Made by a program: the position numbers and the translations under genes
Notes under the pieces: generated by a model
Databases searched by the model: none
Told to the model about the DNA's origin: nothing
Seen by the model: only the letters and a program-made list of their open reading frames with translations
Shown here: positions 18,194 through 35,640 of the stretch, one piece after another
Numbering within the stretch: position 1 is the first letter of the stretch
Layout: the number at the start of each line of letters is the position of its first letter
Assembly (NCBI RefSeq): GCF_009914755.1
Contig: NC_060929.1
Source of the DNA: the human T2T-CHM13v2.0 reference genome, Homo sapiens
DNA length: 64,000 bases
Direction: 5' to 3' (one strand)

Positions 18194-18886
18194 TCCTCTC
18201 CTACCTTTCATAATAATGTAGTCCAAAGAGATCTGTATTGCTTGTTCATCCCACAGAATTTCACACTGATCATTACATTAATAACTTTATGCTGATCAGC
18301 AGAACAAGCAACAGGTGGCTCGTATACTGGAGGCCTTGGTAAAAGATGTGTGTGCTCCCAAGGGTGGAAGATAAATGCTACAAAGATTCAGGGACCTGCC
18401 TGGATTTTCAGTGAAGATTTTAGGAGTCCAACGTAGAAAGCTTGAGTGATATTTTTAGGGTTCCAGTGGCCATGGGTATGCTAGGATATCCCTTCCAGAG
18501 TGAAAATCACTGCTCAAATCTTGATTCCCTCACCACAAAAACTGAAGCACATGCATGGTAGGCCTCTTTGTATTCCTAGAAGTAATATATTGTTCATCTA
18601 GGAATATTGATCCGGCCCATATATTAGGTGACACAGAAGGTTGTTAACTTTGAATGAGACACAGTGCAGGAAAGGGCTCTGCAGTAGTTCCAGGCTGTGG
18701 TGTAAGCAGTCCTGCTGCTGGAGTCATATGATCTGGAAGACCTTATGATGTTAGAGATGTCAGTAGTGAGAAAAGATGTAGTATGTTGCTTATGGAAAGC
18801 CTAACACGGGCCCTGTAATGGGATTATGGATCAGGGTCATGCTGTCCACAGCATAGAATTAAATGCCTTTTGAAAAACAACTTCTG

Positions 18887-19227
<341 letters not shown>

Positions 19228-19479
19228 TTATTGGTCTTGAGGCACCAAATGACTGGATCTGGGACTTCACTTTATAAATAGGATTCTATCAGACTTACCA
19301 AGTAAAAAAAATTGAGTACTAGCAGTAGACTATCATAAAATGGAAATAGTGCATCTGGACTGAAGACTGAGCAGGACCAGAGAGCACAGGCAAGTTACAT
19401 GAGCAGGTAGTCTAATCCTCATATCATCCACTTCGGTTGCACTAGCTAGAAATGCCCGCTAGAAAGCCTCCAGTGTCCT

Positions 19480-19561
19480 AGAGGTTGCCGTGAGCCGAGA
19501 TTGCACCACTGTACTCCAGCCTGGGTGACAGAGCAAGACTCTATCTTAAAAGAAAAAAAAT
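19480..19561 (+). mobile_element. 5'-truncated Alu (last ~80 bp) with TSD
   Basis: cctccagtgtcct at 19467-19479 and 19565-19577 flanks an Alu 3' end and A tail. Confidence 0.88.
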
Positions 19562-19654
19562 AATCCTCCAGTGTCCTGGAGAGATACTGGAAATTAAGAA
19601 AACGGAATGATGGCCAGATGATTTTGCCATCCTTCATCAGTGGCCACCCAGGAA

Positions 19655-21310
19655 CTCTCGTTTTTCTGTTTTCAGTTTCTTTCATTTCTATTTACTATTT
19701 CCTTTCTTGTGTTTGCTTTGGTTTTATTTTACTCCTCTTTTTTATATTCTTGAAACGAATGCTTACATTATTGAGACTTTTCATCTTTTCTACTATATGC
19801 ATTTGGTGTTATAAGTTTTTCTGTCAACACCGCTTTAGCTGTATCCTACAGATTTTGATATATTGTGTTTTCTCTTTTTTCCTCCTGATCAAATAGCTCA
19901 GATTCTAAGTGTTTTAATTTTGGTTTACTTAAATGTAATTTTTGATTTTCCTTGAGATTCCCTCTTTGACTTGTAGATTATGTAGAAATACGTTGTTTAC
20001 TTTCTAATTGTTGAGATTTTCCTGTTATTCTTTATTGATTTCTAGAATGATTCCATTGTGGTCAGAGAACACACTTTGTATGATTTCAGTTCCTTTGCAT
20101 TTGTTGAGGCTTGTTTGATGGCCAATGATATGACTTATCTTGGTATAGGTTTCATGGGCACTTGAATATATATTCTACTGCTGATAAGTGTTCAACAAAT
20201 GTCTATTAGATCCTCTTGGTTGATGCTGAGTTCTTCTGTATCCTTGATGATTTTCTGTCTAGTTATTTTATCAGTTGTTAAAAGAGGTGTGTTGATGTCT
20301 CCAATTGTATGTTTTTCTATTCTTTAGGTTCTCACAGTTTTTACTTCACATATTTTGCAGCTTTATTATTTGGTGCATACATATTTAGGACTGCTAAGTC
20401 TTCTTGGTAATTGATCCTTTATCATTATATAATGCCCTTTTTTGTCTGGTAATTTTCTTTGTTCTTAAGTCTATTTTATCTGATAATAATATAAATATTC
20501 CTGCTTTCATTTTATTGTATCTTTTTCCATTCTTTTACTTTCAACCTGCCTATATCACTATATTTGAAATGAGTTTTTTATAGACAACATATAGCTGGGT
20601 CATGTTTTTTTAATCTACTCTGACAATGTCTGTCTTTTATTGGTACGCATATATTTACATTTAATGTAATTTACATTTACATTTAATGTAGTTAATATTA
20701 GTACTTAAGTTTTCCATTTTATTTTAGTTTTTTTCTGTTTGTTATTTTTGGTCTGTGTTTTTCTGTTTTCTTTTTCCTGCCTTCTGGCTAGTGGGGTGAA
20801 TGTCTGGGCTTTCTAATTTGCCTTTTCTGGCATCACCCCATTGTGGGTGTTGGGACACATCAGCATAGCTTCATGAGTGTGAAAGCCTGGGCTTCCTACT
20901 AAACCCTTACTGCCGTTAATGTGGTTGGGGCCTCAGTTTTTTCTGTGGTATTTGGCTAGTTGAGTGGTTATCATCATAAAGTTTTCTGTCTTGCTCAGCT
21001 ATTCCTTTCCTGGTCCTTCAGGTAGAGAGAGCTGGTTTTTGTTGGGCCTTTTTTGTCTATGCCTTTTGGCATTTCCAGGGTCCTGGCTTCTTAAGCTTCA
21101 AGTCTGGAATATATGAAACAAAAAGAAAGCCTAATAATTCACTCCTGTGTTGTTCCTTGAGCCTTGAGGTTCTTAACTGGTCTGTTCTCTACAGCTTTCA
21201 GAGTGTTCTTATGTTTGTTTTATGTATAATGTTCCAAGTTTTTAGTTTTTAATACTTGGAGACAGGAATAGGGAAAAGTGTGTCTGCACCATTTCCCTGT
21301 GGAAGCATAA
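19655..21310 (-). mobile_element. Old L1M (ORF2 endonuclease region and 5' portion)
   Basis: Antisense L1 motifs ttccattgtggtcagagaac, ggtgcatacatatttagga. Confidence 0.75.
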
Positions 21311-21319
21311 GTCTCAGCT

Positions 21320-22625
21320 GATATTTTATAAAGGAAATGTGCAAATGCAGTTCAGTAAAGAAAGGGTAGTCTTTTCAATAAATGGTGTTGGAACAATTGG
21401 ATATCCATGTGCAAAAAAGTAAACGTTCTCCTAAACCTCACTTTTTTTTTTTTTTTTTTTTGAGACAGGGTCTCAGTCTGGCCTAGCCTGGAGTACAGTG
21501 GTGATCATGGCTCACTGCAACCTCGACCGCCCAGGCTCAAGCCATCCTCCTACTTCAGCCTGCTGAGTAGCTAGGACTACAGGCATGTGCCACCATGCTC
21601 AGCCAATTTTTGTATTATTTTTATTTTTGTATTTTTTTGTAGAGAGAAGGTTTCACCATGCTGCCCAGGCTGGTCTTGAACTCCTGGGTTCAAGCAGTTG
21701 CCTGCCTTGACCTCCTAAAAGGCTGGGATTACAGGTGTGAGCCACTGTGGCCAGCTCTCATATCTTATATAAAAGAAATATTCAAAATGGATCATAGATC
21801 TAAGGAGGAACAAATGCAAATTCCCTAATTTGCATTGTTAGGGAAATGCAAATTAAAACTATGATGAAATAACACTACGGATGAAATAAAAAAATACTGA
21901 CTATAACAAAAGTTGGTGAGGATACAGAGCAGCTGGAGCTGTCATACATTGCTGGTGGGAATGTAAAATGCTGCAGCCACTTTGAGAAATAGTTTGGCAA
22001 TTTTTGAAAACACTCAAACTACTATACAACCCGGCAATTGGGCATTTATCCCAGAGAAATGAATTTATGTTCACACAAAAATCTGTACACGAATATTTAT
22101 AGCAGTGTTATTTGTAGTAGACAAAAATAGAAAACAACCCAGATGTCCTTTAATGGATGAATGATAAACTGTGGTATCTCCATACCATGGAATACTACTC
22201 ATCATAAAAAGAAACAAACCGTTGATACGTGCAACACACTTTAATCTCCAGAGAATTATGCAGAGTGAGAAAGCCAATCCAAAAAGGTTATATACTATAT
22301 GATTCCATTTATGTAACATTCTTGAAATGGCAAAATTATAGAAATGTAGAACAGATCAGTGGTTGCCAAGGGTTAAGGAGAGGGTTGGGGTTGGAAAGAA
22401 GTGCATGTGGCTATGTAAGTGCAACATGAGAGATCTTGGTCTGTGTCTTGCACATATCAATCACAATATCCTGGATGTGATTTTGCACTATAGTTTTGCA
22501 AGTGACATCTTGCAAAATCACATCTGGGATATTCACTGGGAGAAACTGAGTAAAGAGTACACAGGATCTCCATTATTTCTTACAATTGCTTGTGAATCTA
22601 CAGTTATCTCAAAAAAATTAAAAAC
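21320..22625 (+). mobile_element. Old L1M ORF2 end and 3'UTR, with an AluJ at 21443-21755 (-)
   Basis: tcaataaatggtgttggaacaattggatatcc; ggaaatgcaaattaaaact; typical 3'UTR. Confidence 0.8.
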
Positions 22626-22689
22626 TGCATCCTGATTCTTAGGCTAAGTTATTACTTATAACAATATATAATAAAGATTCCTTTAAAAT

Positions 22690-23390
22690 ATCAATTGATC
22701 GTATGTCTGTGGGTTTATTTCTGGATGCTCTAATACTGTTCCTTTGATCTAGGTATCTATTCTTTCTCCAATACCACACTGTCTTGAGGCAATAGTAATT
22801 TTGGGGTAGTTTGGCCTATGACTGGCTATAGGAATTTTAGAAACTAAGTATTGTGTCTTACAGCTTAAGGTGTTTCCCCAAAATTGTTTTGGCTATTCTA
22901 GTTTTTTTGCCTTTCTACATAAATTTCAGAATTAACTTGTTGATTTCTGCAAGAAACACTAGGGATTTTTATTTGATTGCATTGAATCTATAGATCAGTT
23001 TGGGAAAAATTATCATTGTAAGGATGTTGAATCTTTTGATTCCTGAACATGGGATATATCTTCATTTATTTAGGTCTTTTTACATTTTGTTAGGTTTTGA
23101 ATGTGTTGTGGTCTCACTCTACAGATCTTGCACATAGTTTGTAAGATGTACACCAAATGTTTTGTGATTTTTGGTTCTATTCTGAATGGCACTTTTAACT
23201 TGAATTTTCCATTGTTAATTGCTGGTATACAGAATTTTTTGGGATTTCTACAATCATTTCATCTATAAATGAGACTTTTATTTCTTCCTTCCAACCTGTA
23301 AATACCTTTTACTTATTTTCTTTGCTTTATTGCACTGGCTAAGATTTCCAGAATGTCAGGTGCCATGTTGGTCTTTCTCTGACTTTAATG
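22690..23390 (-). mobile_element. Old L1M ORF2 fragment
   Basis: attgcattgaatctatagatcagtttgggaa and similar motifs. Confidence 0.75.
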
Positions 23391-23529
23391 TGTTCTTATT
23401 GGACCCCATTATTCTAGGAATCTGATGAAGTTTAGTGAAATTTTTTTTTTAACAACTGGGAATAGCCTAGTTTGATAGTGGGTGACTCCATTACTCTCAG
23501 TATTTACTATATGCCATATTAGGAACATT

Positions 23530-23710
23530 TCCTCCCTCTCTCCCTCCTTCCCTTCCTCTCTCTCTCTTTCCTCTCCCATCCTCTTTCTTTCATTTCTTTC
23601 TCTTTTTTCTTTTTTCATTTTTCTTTCTTTTCTCTCTTTTTTTTATTTTCTCTATCTTTCTTTTCTTTCTTTCTTTCAAGACAGGGTCTTGCTGTGTTGC
23701 CTAAGCTGGA
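23530..23710 (-). repeat. CT-rich low-complexity tract ending in a ~30-bp Alu 3' stub
   Basis: (TTTC/TCTC)n then agacagggtcttgctgtgttgcctaagctgga. Confidence 0.8.
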
Positions 23711-23737
23711 CATGAATGAGATATTTCCTTTCTGAAC

Positions 23738-24080
23738 CACTTATCTCCATCCCCAACCCTCTCCTTAACCCCTGGCAACCACTCATCTGTTCTACATTTC
23801 TATAATTTTGCCATTTTAAGAATGCTATATCAATGGAATCAAACACTATATAATCTTTTTGGATTGGCTTTCTCACTGTGCATAATTCTCTGGAGATTCA
23901 GGTGTGTTGGATGTATCACCGGTTTGTTTCTTTTTATTGATGAGTAGTATTCCATGCTATGGAGATACCACAGTTTGTTTCATCATTCATCCATTAAAGG
24001 ACATCTGGGTTGTTTTCCATTTTTGTCTACTACAAATAACACTGCTATAAATACTCGTGTACAGATTTTTGTGTGAATAT
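23738..24080 (-). repeat. Inverted copy of 22067-22403 (L1M 3' sequence)
   Basis: Manual alignment gives about 22 substitutions and 2 indels over about 330 bp. Confidence 0.9.
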
Positions 24081-24306
24081 TTTTCTTTTTTTTTTATTAT
24101 TATACTTTAAGTTTTAGGGTACATGTGCACATTGTGCAGGTTAGTTACATATGTATACATGTACCATGCTGGTGCGCTGCACCCACTAACTCATCATCTA
24201 GCGTTAGGTATATCTCCCAATGCTATCCCTCCCCACTCCCCCCACCCCACAACAGTCCCCACAGTGTGATATTCCCCTTCCTGTGTCCATGTGATCTCAT
24301 TGTTCA

Positions 24307-25092
<786 letters not shown>

Positions 25093-25095
25093 TCA

Positions 25096-25386
<291 letters not shown>

Positions 25387-25389
25387 TTA

Positions 25390-27477
<2,088 letters not shown>

Positions 27478-27480
27478 TTA

Positions 27481-27705
<225 letters not shown>

Positions 27706-27961
27706 TTAAGTGAGATTCTTAATCCTGAGTTCTAGTTTGATTGCACTGTGGTCTGAGAGATAGTTTGTTATAATTTCTGTTCTTTTACATTTGCTGAGGA
27801 GAGCTTTACTTCCCAGTATGTGGTCAATTTTGGAATAGGTGTGGTGTGGTGCTGAAAAAAATGTATATTCTGTTGATTTGGGGTGGAGAGTTCTGTAGAT
27901 GTCTATTAGGTCGGCTTGGTGCAGAGCTGAGTTCAATTCCTGGGTATCCTTGTTGACTTTC

Positions 27962-28271
<310 letters not shown>

Positions 28272-31009
28272 CTCCTTGTTGACTTTCTGTCTCGTTGATC
28301 TGTCTAATGTTGACACTGGGGTGTGTTAAAGTCTCCCATTATTAATGTGTGGGAGTCTAAGTCTCTTTGTAGGTCACTCAGGACTTGCTTTATGAATCTT
28401 GGTGCTCCTGTATTGGGTGCATATATATTTAGGATAGTTAGCTCTTCTTGTTGAATTGATCCCTTTATCATTATGTAATGGCCTTCTTTTTCTCTTTTGA
28501 TCTTTGTTGGTTTAAAGTCTGTTTTATCAGAGACTAGGATTGCAACCCCTGCCTTTTTTTGTTTTCCATTTGCTTGGTAGATCTTCCTCCATCCTTTTAT
28601 TTTGAGCCTATGTGTATCTCTGCATGTGAGATGGGTTTCCTGAATACAGCACACTGATGGGTCTTGACTCTTTATCCAATTTGCCAGTCTGTGTCTTTTA
28701 ATTGGAGCATTTAGTCCATTTACATTTAAAGTTAATATTGTTATGTGTGAATTTGATCCTATCATTATGATGTTAGCTGGTTATTTTGCTTGTTAGTTGA
28801 TGCAGTTTATTCCTAATCTCTATGGTCTTTACATTTTGGCATGATTTTGCAGTGGCTGGTACCAGTTGTTCTTTCCATATTTAGCGCTTCCTTCAGGAGC
28901 TCTTTTAGGGCAGGCTTGGTGGTGACAAAATCTCTCAGCATTTGCTTGTCTGTAAAGTATTTTATTTCTCGTTCGCTTATGAAGCTTAGTTTGGCTGGAT
29001 ATGAAATTCTGGGCTGAAAATTCTTTTCTTTAAGAATGTTGAATATTGTCCCCCACTCTCTTCTGGCTTGTAGGGTTTCTGCCGAGAGATCAGCTGTTAG
29101 TCTGATGGGCTTCCCTTTGAGGGTAACCCGACCTTTCTCTCTGGCTGCCCTTAACATTTTTTCCTTCATTTCAACTTTGGTGAATCTGACAATTATGTGT
29201 CTTGGAGTTGCTCTTCTCGAGGAGTATCTTTGTGGCGTTCTCTGTATTTCCTGAATCTGAACGTTGGCCTGCCTTGCTAGATTGGGGAAGTTCTCCTGGA
29301 TAATATCCTGCAGAGTGTTTTCCAACTTGGTTCCATTCTCCCCATCACTTTCAGGTACACCAATCAGACGTAGATTTGGTCTTTTCACATAGTCCCATAT
29401 TTCTTGGAGGCTTTGCTCATTTCTTTTTATTCTTTTTTCTCTAAACTTCCCTTCTCGCTTCATTTCATTCATTTCATCTTCCATTGCTGATACCCTTTCT
29501 TCCAGTTGATCTCATCGGCTCCTGAGGCTTCTGCATTCTTCACGTAGTTCTCGAGCCTTGGTTTTCAGCTCCATCAGCTCCTTTAAGCACTTCTCTGTAT
29601 TGGTTATTCTAGTTATACATTCTTCTAAATTTTTTTCAAAGTTTTAACTTCTTTCCCTTTGGTTTGAATGTCCTCCCGTAGCTCGAGTAAATTGATCGTC
29701 TGAAGCCTTCTTCTCTCAGCTCGTCAAAGTCATTCTCCATCCAGCTTTGTTCCGTTGCTGGTGAGGAACTGCGTTCCTTTGGAGGAGGAGAGGCGCTCTG
29801 CTTTTTAGAGTTTCCAGTTTTTCTGTTCTGTTTTTTCCCTATCTTTGTGGTTTTATCTACTTTTTGGTCTTTGATGATGGTGATGTACAGATGGGTTTTT
29901 GGTGTGGATGTCCTTTCTGTTTGTTAGTTTTCCTTCTAACAGACAGGACCCTCAGCTGCAGGTCTGTTGGAATACCCTGCCGTGTGAGGTGTCAGTGTGC
30001 CCCTGCTGGGGGGTGCGTCCCAGTTAGGCTGCTCGGGGGTCAGGGGTCAGGGACCCACTTGAGGAGGCAGTCTGCCCGTTCTCAGATCTCCAGCTGCGTG
30101 CTGGGAGAACCACTGCTCTCTTCAAAGCTGTCAGACAGGGACATTTAAGTCTGCAGAGGTTACTGCTGTCTTTTTGTTTGTCTGTGCCCTGCCCCCAGAG
30201 GTGGAGCCTACAGAGGCAGGCAGGCCTCCTTGAGCTGTGGTGGGCTCCACCCAGTTCGAGCTTCCCGGCTGCTTTGTTTACCTAATCAAGCCTGGGCAAT
30301 GGCGGGCGCCCCTCCCCCAGCCTTGCTGCCGCCTTGCAGTTTGATCTCAGACTGCTGTGCTAGCAATCAGCGAGACTCCTTGGGGTAGGACCCTCCGAGC
30401 CAGGTGCTGGATATAATCTTGTGGTGCGCCATTTTTTAAGCCCGTCGGAAAAGCGCAGTATTCGGGTGGGAGTGACCCGATTTTCCAGGTGCTGTCCATC
30501 ACCCCTTTCTTTGACTCGGAAAGGGAACTCCCTGACCCCTTGCACTTCCCAAGTGAGGCAATGCCTCGCCCTGCTTCGGCTCGCGCACGGTGTGCGCACC
30601 CACTGACCTGCACCCACTGTCTGGCACTCCCTAGTGAGATGAACCCGGTACCTCAGATGGAAATGCAGAAATACCCGTCTTCTGCGTCGCTCACGCTGGG
30701 ACCTGTAGACTGGAGCTGTTCCTATTCAGCCATCTTGGCTCCTCCCCCCACATTTTTCTTTTCTTTTAAAAAATTTCTATGAAATTGAATCTTCCAGAGA
30801 TCAAGAGGCAGAGACGAACTTAAAACTGAAATTACCTCAACAAAAGGCAATGCCAAGTAGTTACAAACATGTACTACCCACTCCTGCCTGAAGGTGGGAG
30901 TCTTCAGTTATGTAATGGTCTAGGGCACAGCTTGTGGAGGAGGGGTGACATCCATGCACAAATCTCCTACTTGTGTGAGTCAGGTTCAAGTGAGACACTT
31001 ATCCATTCA

Positions 31010-31725
31010 TACCTTCATTGCTTCATTCATGTAATATTGATTGAGTCTATATCCTGTGCCAAATTCTTTTCTAGGTACCAGGGGAGCAAAAGTGAGCAAA
31101 ACATACAAAAATTCATCTTTAAGGAAAGACAAGTGATAAAGTATACAGTATGTTTAAAAAAATAAGTACTATGGAGAACTAAAGCAATAAATGAGAGAAA
31201 GAGATGAGAGTGTCAGGGGAGTCAATGTTAAGTAGAATGGCAAAGGAAGGCCTCACATAGAAAGTGATATTTACATAAAAACCAGCAGTAAGCAAACCAG
31301 ACATGCAAATAGTTGGGGTCAAGGCCAGGGTCCTGAGGCTGAAAAACAGGAGGAAAAAAAAAAAGGAGGAGGAGGAGAAGGGGAAGGGGAAGCAGAAGGG
31401 GAAAGGGAAGGGGAAGAGGAAGAAGAAAGAAGAAGAAGAAGGAAGGAAGAAAGAAGAAGGAGAAGGAAGAAGGAGAAGGAAGAAGCAGAAGGAAGGAGAA
31501 GGAAGAAGGAGAAGGAGAAGAAGTCCCGTGGAGTGAGAGGGAGAGGGAAGACGGGAGCGTGAGTAACAGAAATTGGGTTATGTTGGGCTACTTAGAGGAC
31601 TTTCCCTCTCTTCAGAGTTAGATGTAAAAACTATTGGAGAGTTTTGAGTAGTGAATTTACATGAACCAGCTAACATGTAACTACTTTGGCGACTGTTTTG
31701 AGAATGGACTGAAAGTAGGCAAGGG
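31010..31725. mobile_element. L2 fragments surrounding a GA-rich tract
   Basis: L2 tail ttcattcatgtaatattgattgag; L2-like ggaaggcctc and gactgttttgagaatggactg. Confidence 0.6.
31345..31555 (+). repeat. Polypurine (GAA/GGA/GGGGAA) low-complexity repeat
   Basis: About 200 bp almost purely A/G. Confidence 0.95.
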
Positions 31726-32153
31726 CCATCTTACCTTTTTTTGAGTCAGTGAGGGATGATTGTTTTCCCCTTATTCTTTAATATAAATATAAAAAATCAA
31801 GCATACCTTCTCTACAAAGAGAAACTTTTCATGAGGCATTTGCAAATACTACCTGTTGTCTTTCTTTGGTGGAGATGTATGGTCCATCTTTTGGGAGGGG
31901 ACACTCATGTCCCTGTTGCACCTGGTTTCAGAGCAATAGATATTTGCATTCTGCAAATCCTCTCTGGTATATCAGAGACTTTCAGGCTCGTAAAAGGAAT
32001 TTTCCATGGGCTCTTTCATTACACCCAATAAACTTATACTCAAATATTTGGTTTTATCATGTTGGCTTACTAGTATGTGATAAACTCACGGTTTTTTAAA
32101 AAATTATATTTTCTAGAACTCAGTGGATTTTTTTTCTGGCAGAAAATTATTCA

Positions 32154-32525
<372 letters not shown>

Positions 32526-33339
32526 TTAAAAATAATGGAAATCACCCATAACATCATCCAGAAAAAAATCCAATGAACAGTTTTGCCTTTTTTTATCTTT
32601 ATTTTTTCTCAAGGTTGAGATTATATAATGTCTATACAACTTTGATTCCTCTTTTTACTCGAAATTATGTCGTAAACATTTCCCATGTTATTCCATATTC
32701 TATGCCATCATTTTTAATGACTGCATAATATTTCATCATATGCAATGAACCAAGATTTACCCATCCACCCCTACTTGCTGATATTTAGATTGTAAAAACT
32801 CAGTCCTCATTCTCATTAAGTCACAATTACACAACTAATTATGTAGTTTTATGTGTCATGGTATTTCAACAATGAACAGGGTGCTAAGGAATTGGACAGA
32901 GTCCAGGGCCTCAGGGGGCTTCTCTGAGGAAGTAATACTTAAATGGCTCTCAAGAATCACAAGGAATTAATTAAAGGAGTGGGAAGAGCACTCTCTGAAG
33001 AGGAAACATGAAAGGAAGCATCAGGGGAGAGTCTCTGGGCTGGGAGGGAGTGGGTGTTTGGGAGGCCGGGCTGTAGGATTGGTGGGCAGGAAAGCAGGGT
33101 TGTTAGATCAGGAGACAGAGCAGAGTAGGGTGGAGTTGTTGGAGACAGAGGGGTGGACTGATTTGAGTGATATCTGGGAGGGAGAATTGCCAGGACTTGG
33201 TGATTGGATGTAGGAGGAAGAAGGAGTTGGCAGGAATTCTTCTCAGGTTTCTGGCCGGAACAATGGATGGGTGGATGATGGGACAGATTCCTGAAGGAGG
33301 CACAGCAGGAGGAGCAGCAGGTTAGAGGGCAGAGGCCGC

Positions 33340-33663
33340 CTCAGTCTGTTCTGGTACCTTTCACAAAGCGTCATAGATTGGGTGGCTGATAAACAGCATG
33401 AATGTATTTTTCACAGCTCTGGAGGTTAGAAGTCAGAGACCAGGGTGCCAGCATGGTCAGGTTCTGATGCACTCCCTCTTCCAGGTTCCAGATGGCTGAT
33501 TTCTGCTTGTCATGTGGGGGAAAAAAGAGGTAGACGGTTCTCTGGGTCTCTTTTATGAGGACACTAGTCCCATTCATGAGGGCCCCACCTCCTAATACCA
33601 TCACTTTGGGGGTAGATTTCAACATATGAATTTCAGGGGGACCCAAACATTTAGTTCATAACA
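33340..33663 (-). mobile_element. MLT1A-like MaLR solo LTR within an L2
   Basis: cacagctctggaggttagaagtc...ccagcatggtcaggttctg...aacatttagttcataaca. Confidence 0.8.
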
Positions 33664-33879
33664 GAGACCATGAATTCAGTTTTGGACATGCTGAGATTCA
33701 GGTGTCTTGAAACATCAAGTGAAGATATCAAGGAAATAGTTGCATATATGAGTCTGGAGTCCTAAAGAAATCCCTGTGCTGAAGGTATACATTTAGGAAC
33801 TATCTGTATAGTGATGGGATTTGCAGTCGGTGGTGTGAGTGCTGAGCAAGAGAGTGTGGCATGAGGACAGCCAGGACAG

Positions 33880-34275
33880 AGCCGGCAGTGGATGCTGAGC
33901 AGCCCGGACAGATCTCCCTTTGGGACTGAAAGACTTTTTTCCCTTGGCTGCTAGCTGACAACCCTTAGCTATTAGCCCTCTCTGGGAATCGGCCTTAGCT
34001 GAAGACAGCCACACTGCCCAGGGTTATGCCTTCTTGGGGAAGAGGGCCCACCTGCATCTCAACGTGGGGTGGCTATAAGAAGGGCCATCCCAGCTTCATA
34101 GCTACTTGTGGGATCAGCTGAGGAGTTCATTGAGGCTGTATCACAACCTACCATCTTCCTCTGACCAACCCTATTTCCTTTTCTTCCCTTCTTCATCCTG
34201 GAACCACACCCTAATAAACATCCTGTATTCAGAGCTTCCCAGAGCTGGCTTTTTGGGGAACCTGTCCTGTAACTG
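33880..34275 (+). mobile_element. ERVL LTR (LTR16-like)
   Basis: Ends ccctaataaacatcctg...ggggaacctg, typical of the LTR16 3' end. Confidence 0.6.
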
Positions 34276-35504
34276 AAAACCTTCCATTCAAATGTGGCTT
34301 GTTTTACAGCACAAACTAGGAAGGGTTTTCTTAGAAGAGACAGATAAATGGATCATTTAACGGGAAAATAGTCTCTAAGAATGCTCTTTAAAGACATAAA
34401 TTTCTAGGCAAAATTCAAAAACTTTTTCAAAAAGCCCTTATTTCTTTCTAAATGGATTCCTAGACCTCAGTTGGAAGGGTTCTTTGTAAGTCATCCTGCT
34501 TGCATTAAGTTGATGTCAAAGTATCACCCCTAGGGCTTGTCTCCTTTATTTGGAGAATCTCCATCTTCATCTATTTCTAGCCAGCTGGAGGAGAAATTTT
34601 GACTGTCCTTTCTGCCACTTCCTTTCTGCCTCTCTATTGTCCTTTTCCCCTTGAAATCAAAAGTAGGCAATGTCTCCTTTTATAAGAAAAAAGAGAATCT
34701 CATGCTTTTCATAGCTTTCTGACTGTGGTTATTTGAAATTTAAATATAGAGCTCCTAGTAATAGTCTTAGTATAGCATTCTTTTGTGCTTGTGTCTGCAA
34801 GATTCTTAGAGCAGATTTCTAAAAACCTTATTATTATTATCAGACCATTACATTTTGAAAAACATTCTTAAACTGACAACAGGATTTATAATGAGACATT
34901 TAAAGTGCTTTTATCATGTCTTTCATTGGCGGTATGCTTATACACGGAAAAAGAACACTAAACGTAGGATGTAATGAAAACCTATCACATAACATCACAA
35001 ATCCTTTGAAACCTATGTATGTAAAATAATTATTTTCAGATAAAGCATCATTTGAGGCCTTCTGGAAAGAGAAACTTACATTGTATCAATTTTTCTCCTA
35101 CTTCCAATTCTGACGAAAGTGTCTCAGGAAATGGAAATAAAACAGGGAAAAGTATGTATCAGTGAAAATAAAGACTTGAGTTAATCTAAGATTTGACTGA
35201 TAAAGGTGGGAGAAAGGAGAAGCAGGAAAAGGAGAAGGCGAAGGAACATGTATGCTGATGATCTCATTTTACATGGAGGAAGATCTAAAGTGTGTTCGAT
35301 TCCCAAGGCTAAGAGATAAGTGTTGTTTCCAATGTTTTTGACTTATTAAGAAATAACTACAGATGTAATTTTAACAAAGCATCTTCCAAATTACTGGGAG
35401 AAAAAAAGTGTGTGTAGAAAACAATGAAGGAAATGAAGAAAATAGCAAAGAATCAGAAAAAATTATGACAAGTACATGACAATACATGTTGTCATAAAAA
35501 TTAC

Positions 35505-35640
35505 TTTTTTTACATGTATTTTTTAGAGATATGGTGTTGCTATTTTGCCCAGGCTGGATTTGAACTCCTGGGCTCAAGCTGTCCTCCTGCCTCAGCATCC
35601 TGAGTAGCTGGGACTATAGACAGTGCTACCATGCCTGGCT
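35505..35640 (-). mobile_element. Alu monomer/FLAM-like
   Basis: gcccaggctggatttgaactcctgggctcaag. Confidence 0.8.

Noticed and set aside
31303-31536. 77-aa K/E/R-rich ORF
   Set aside because: Translation of the polypurine low-complexity repeat
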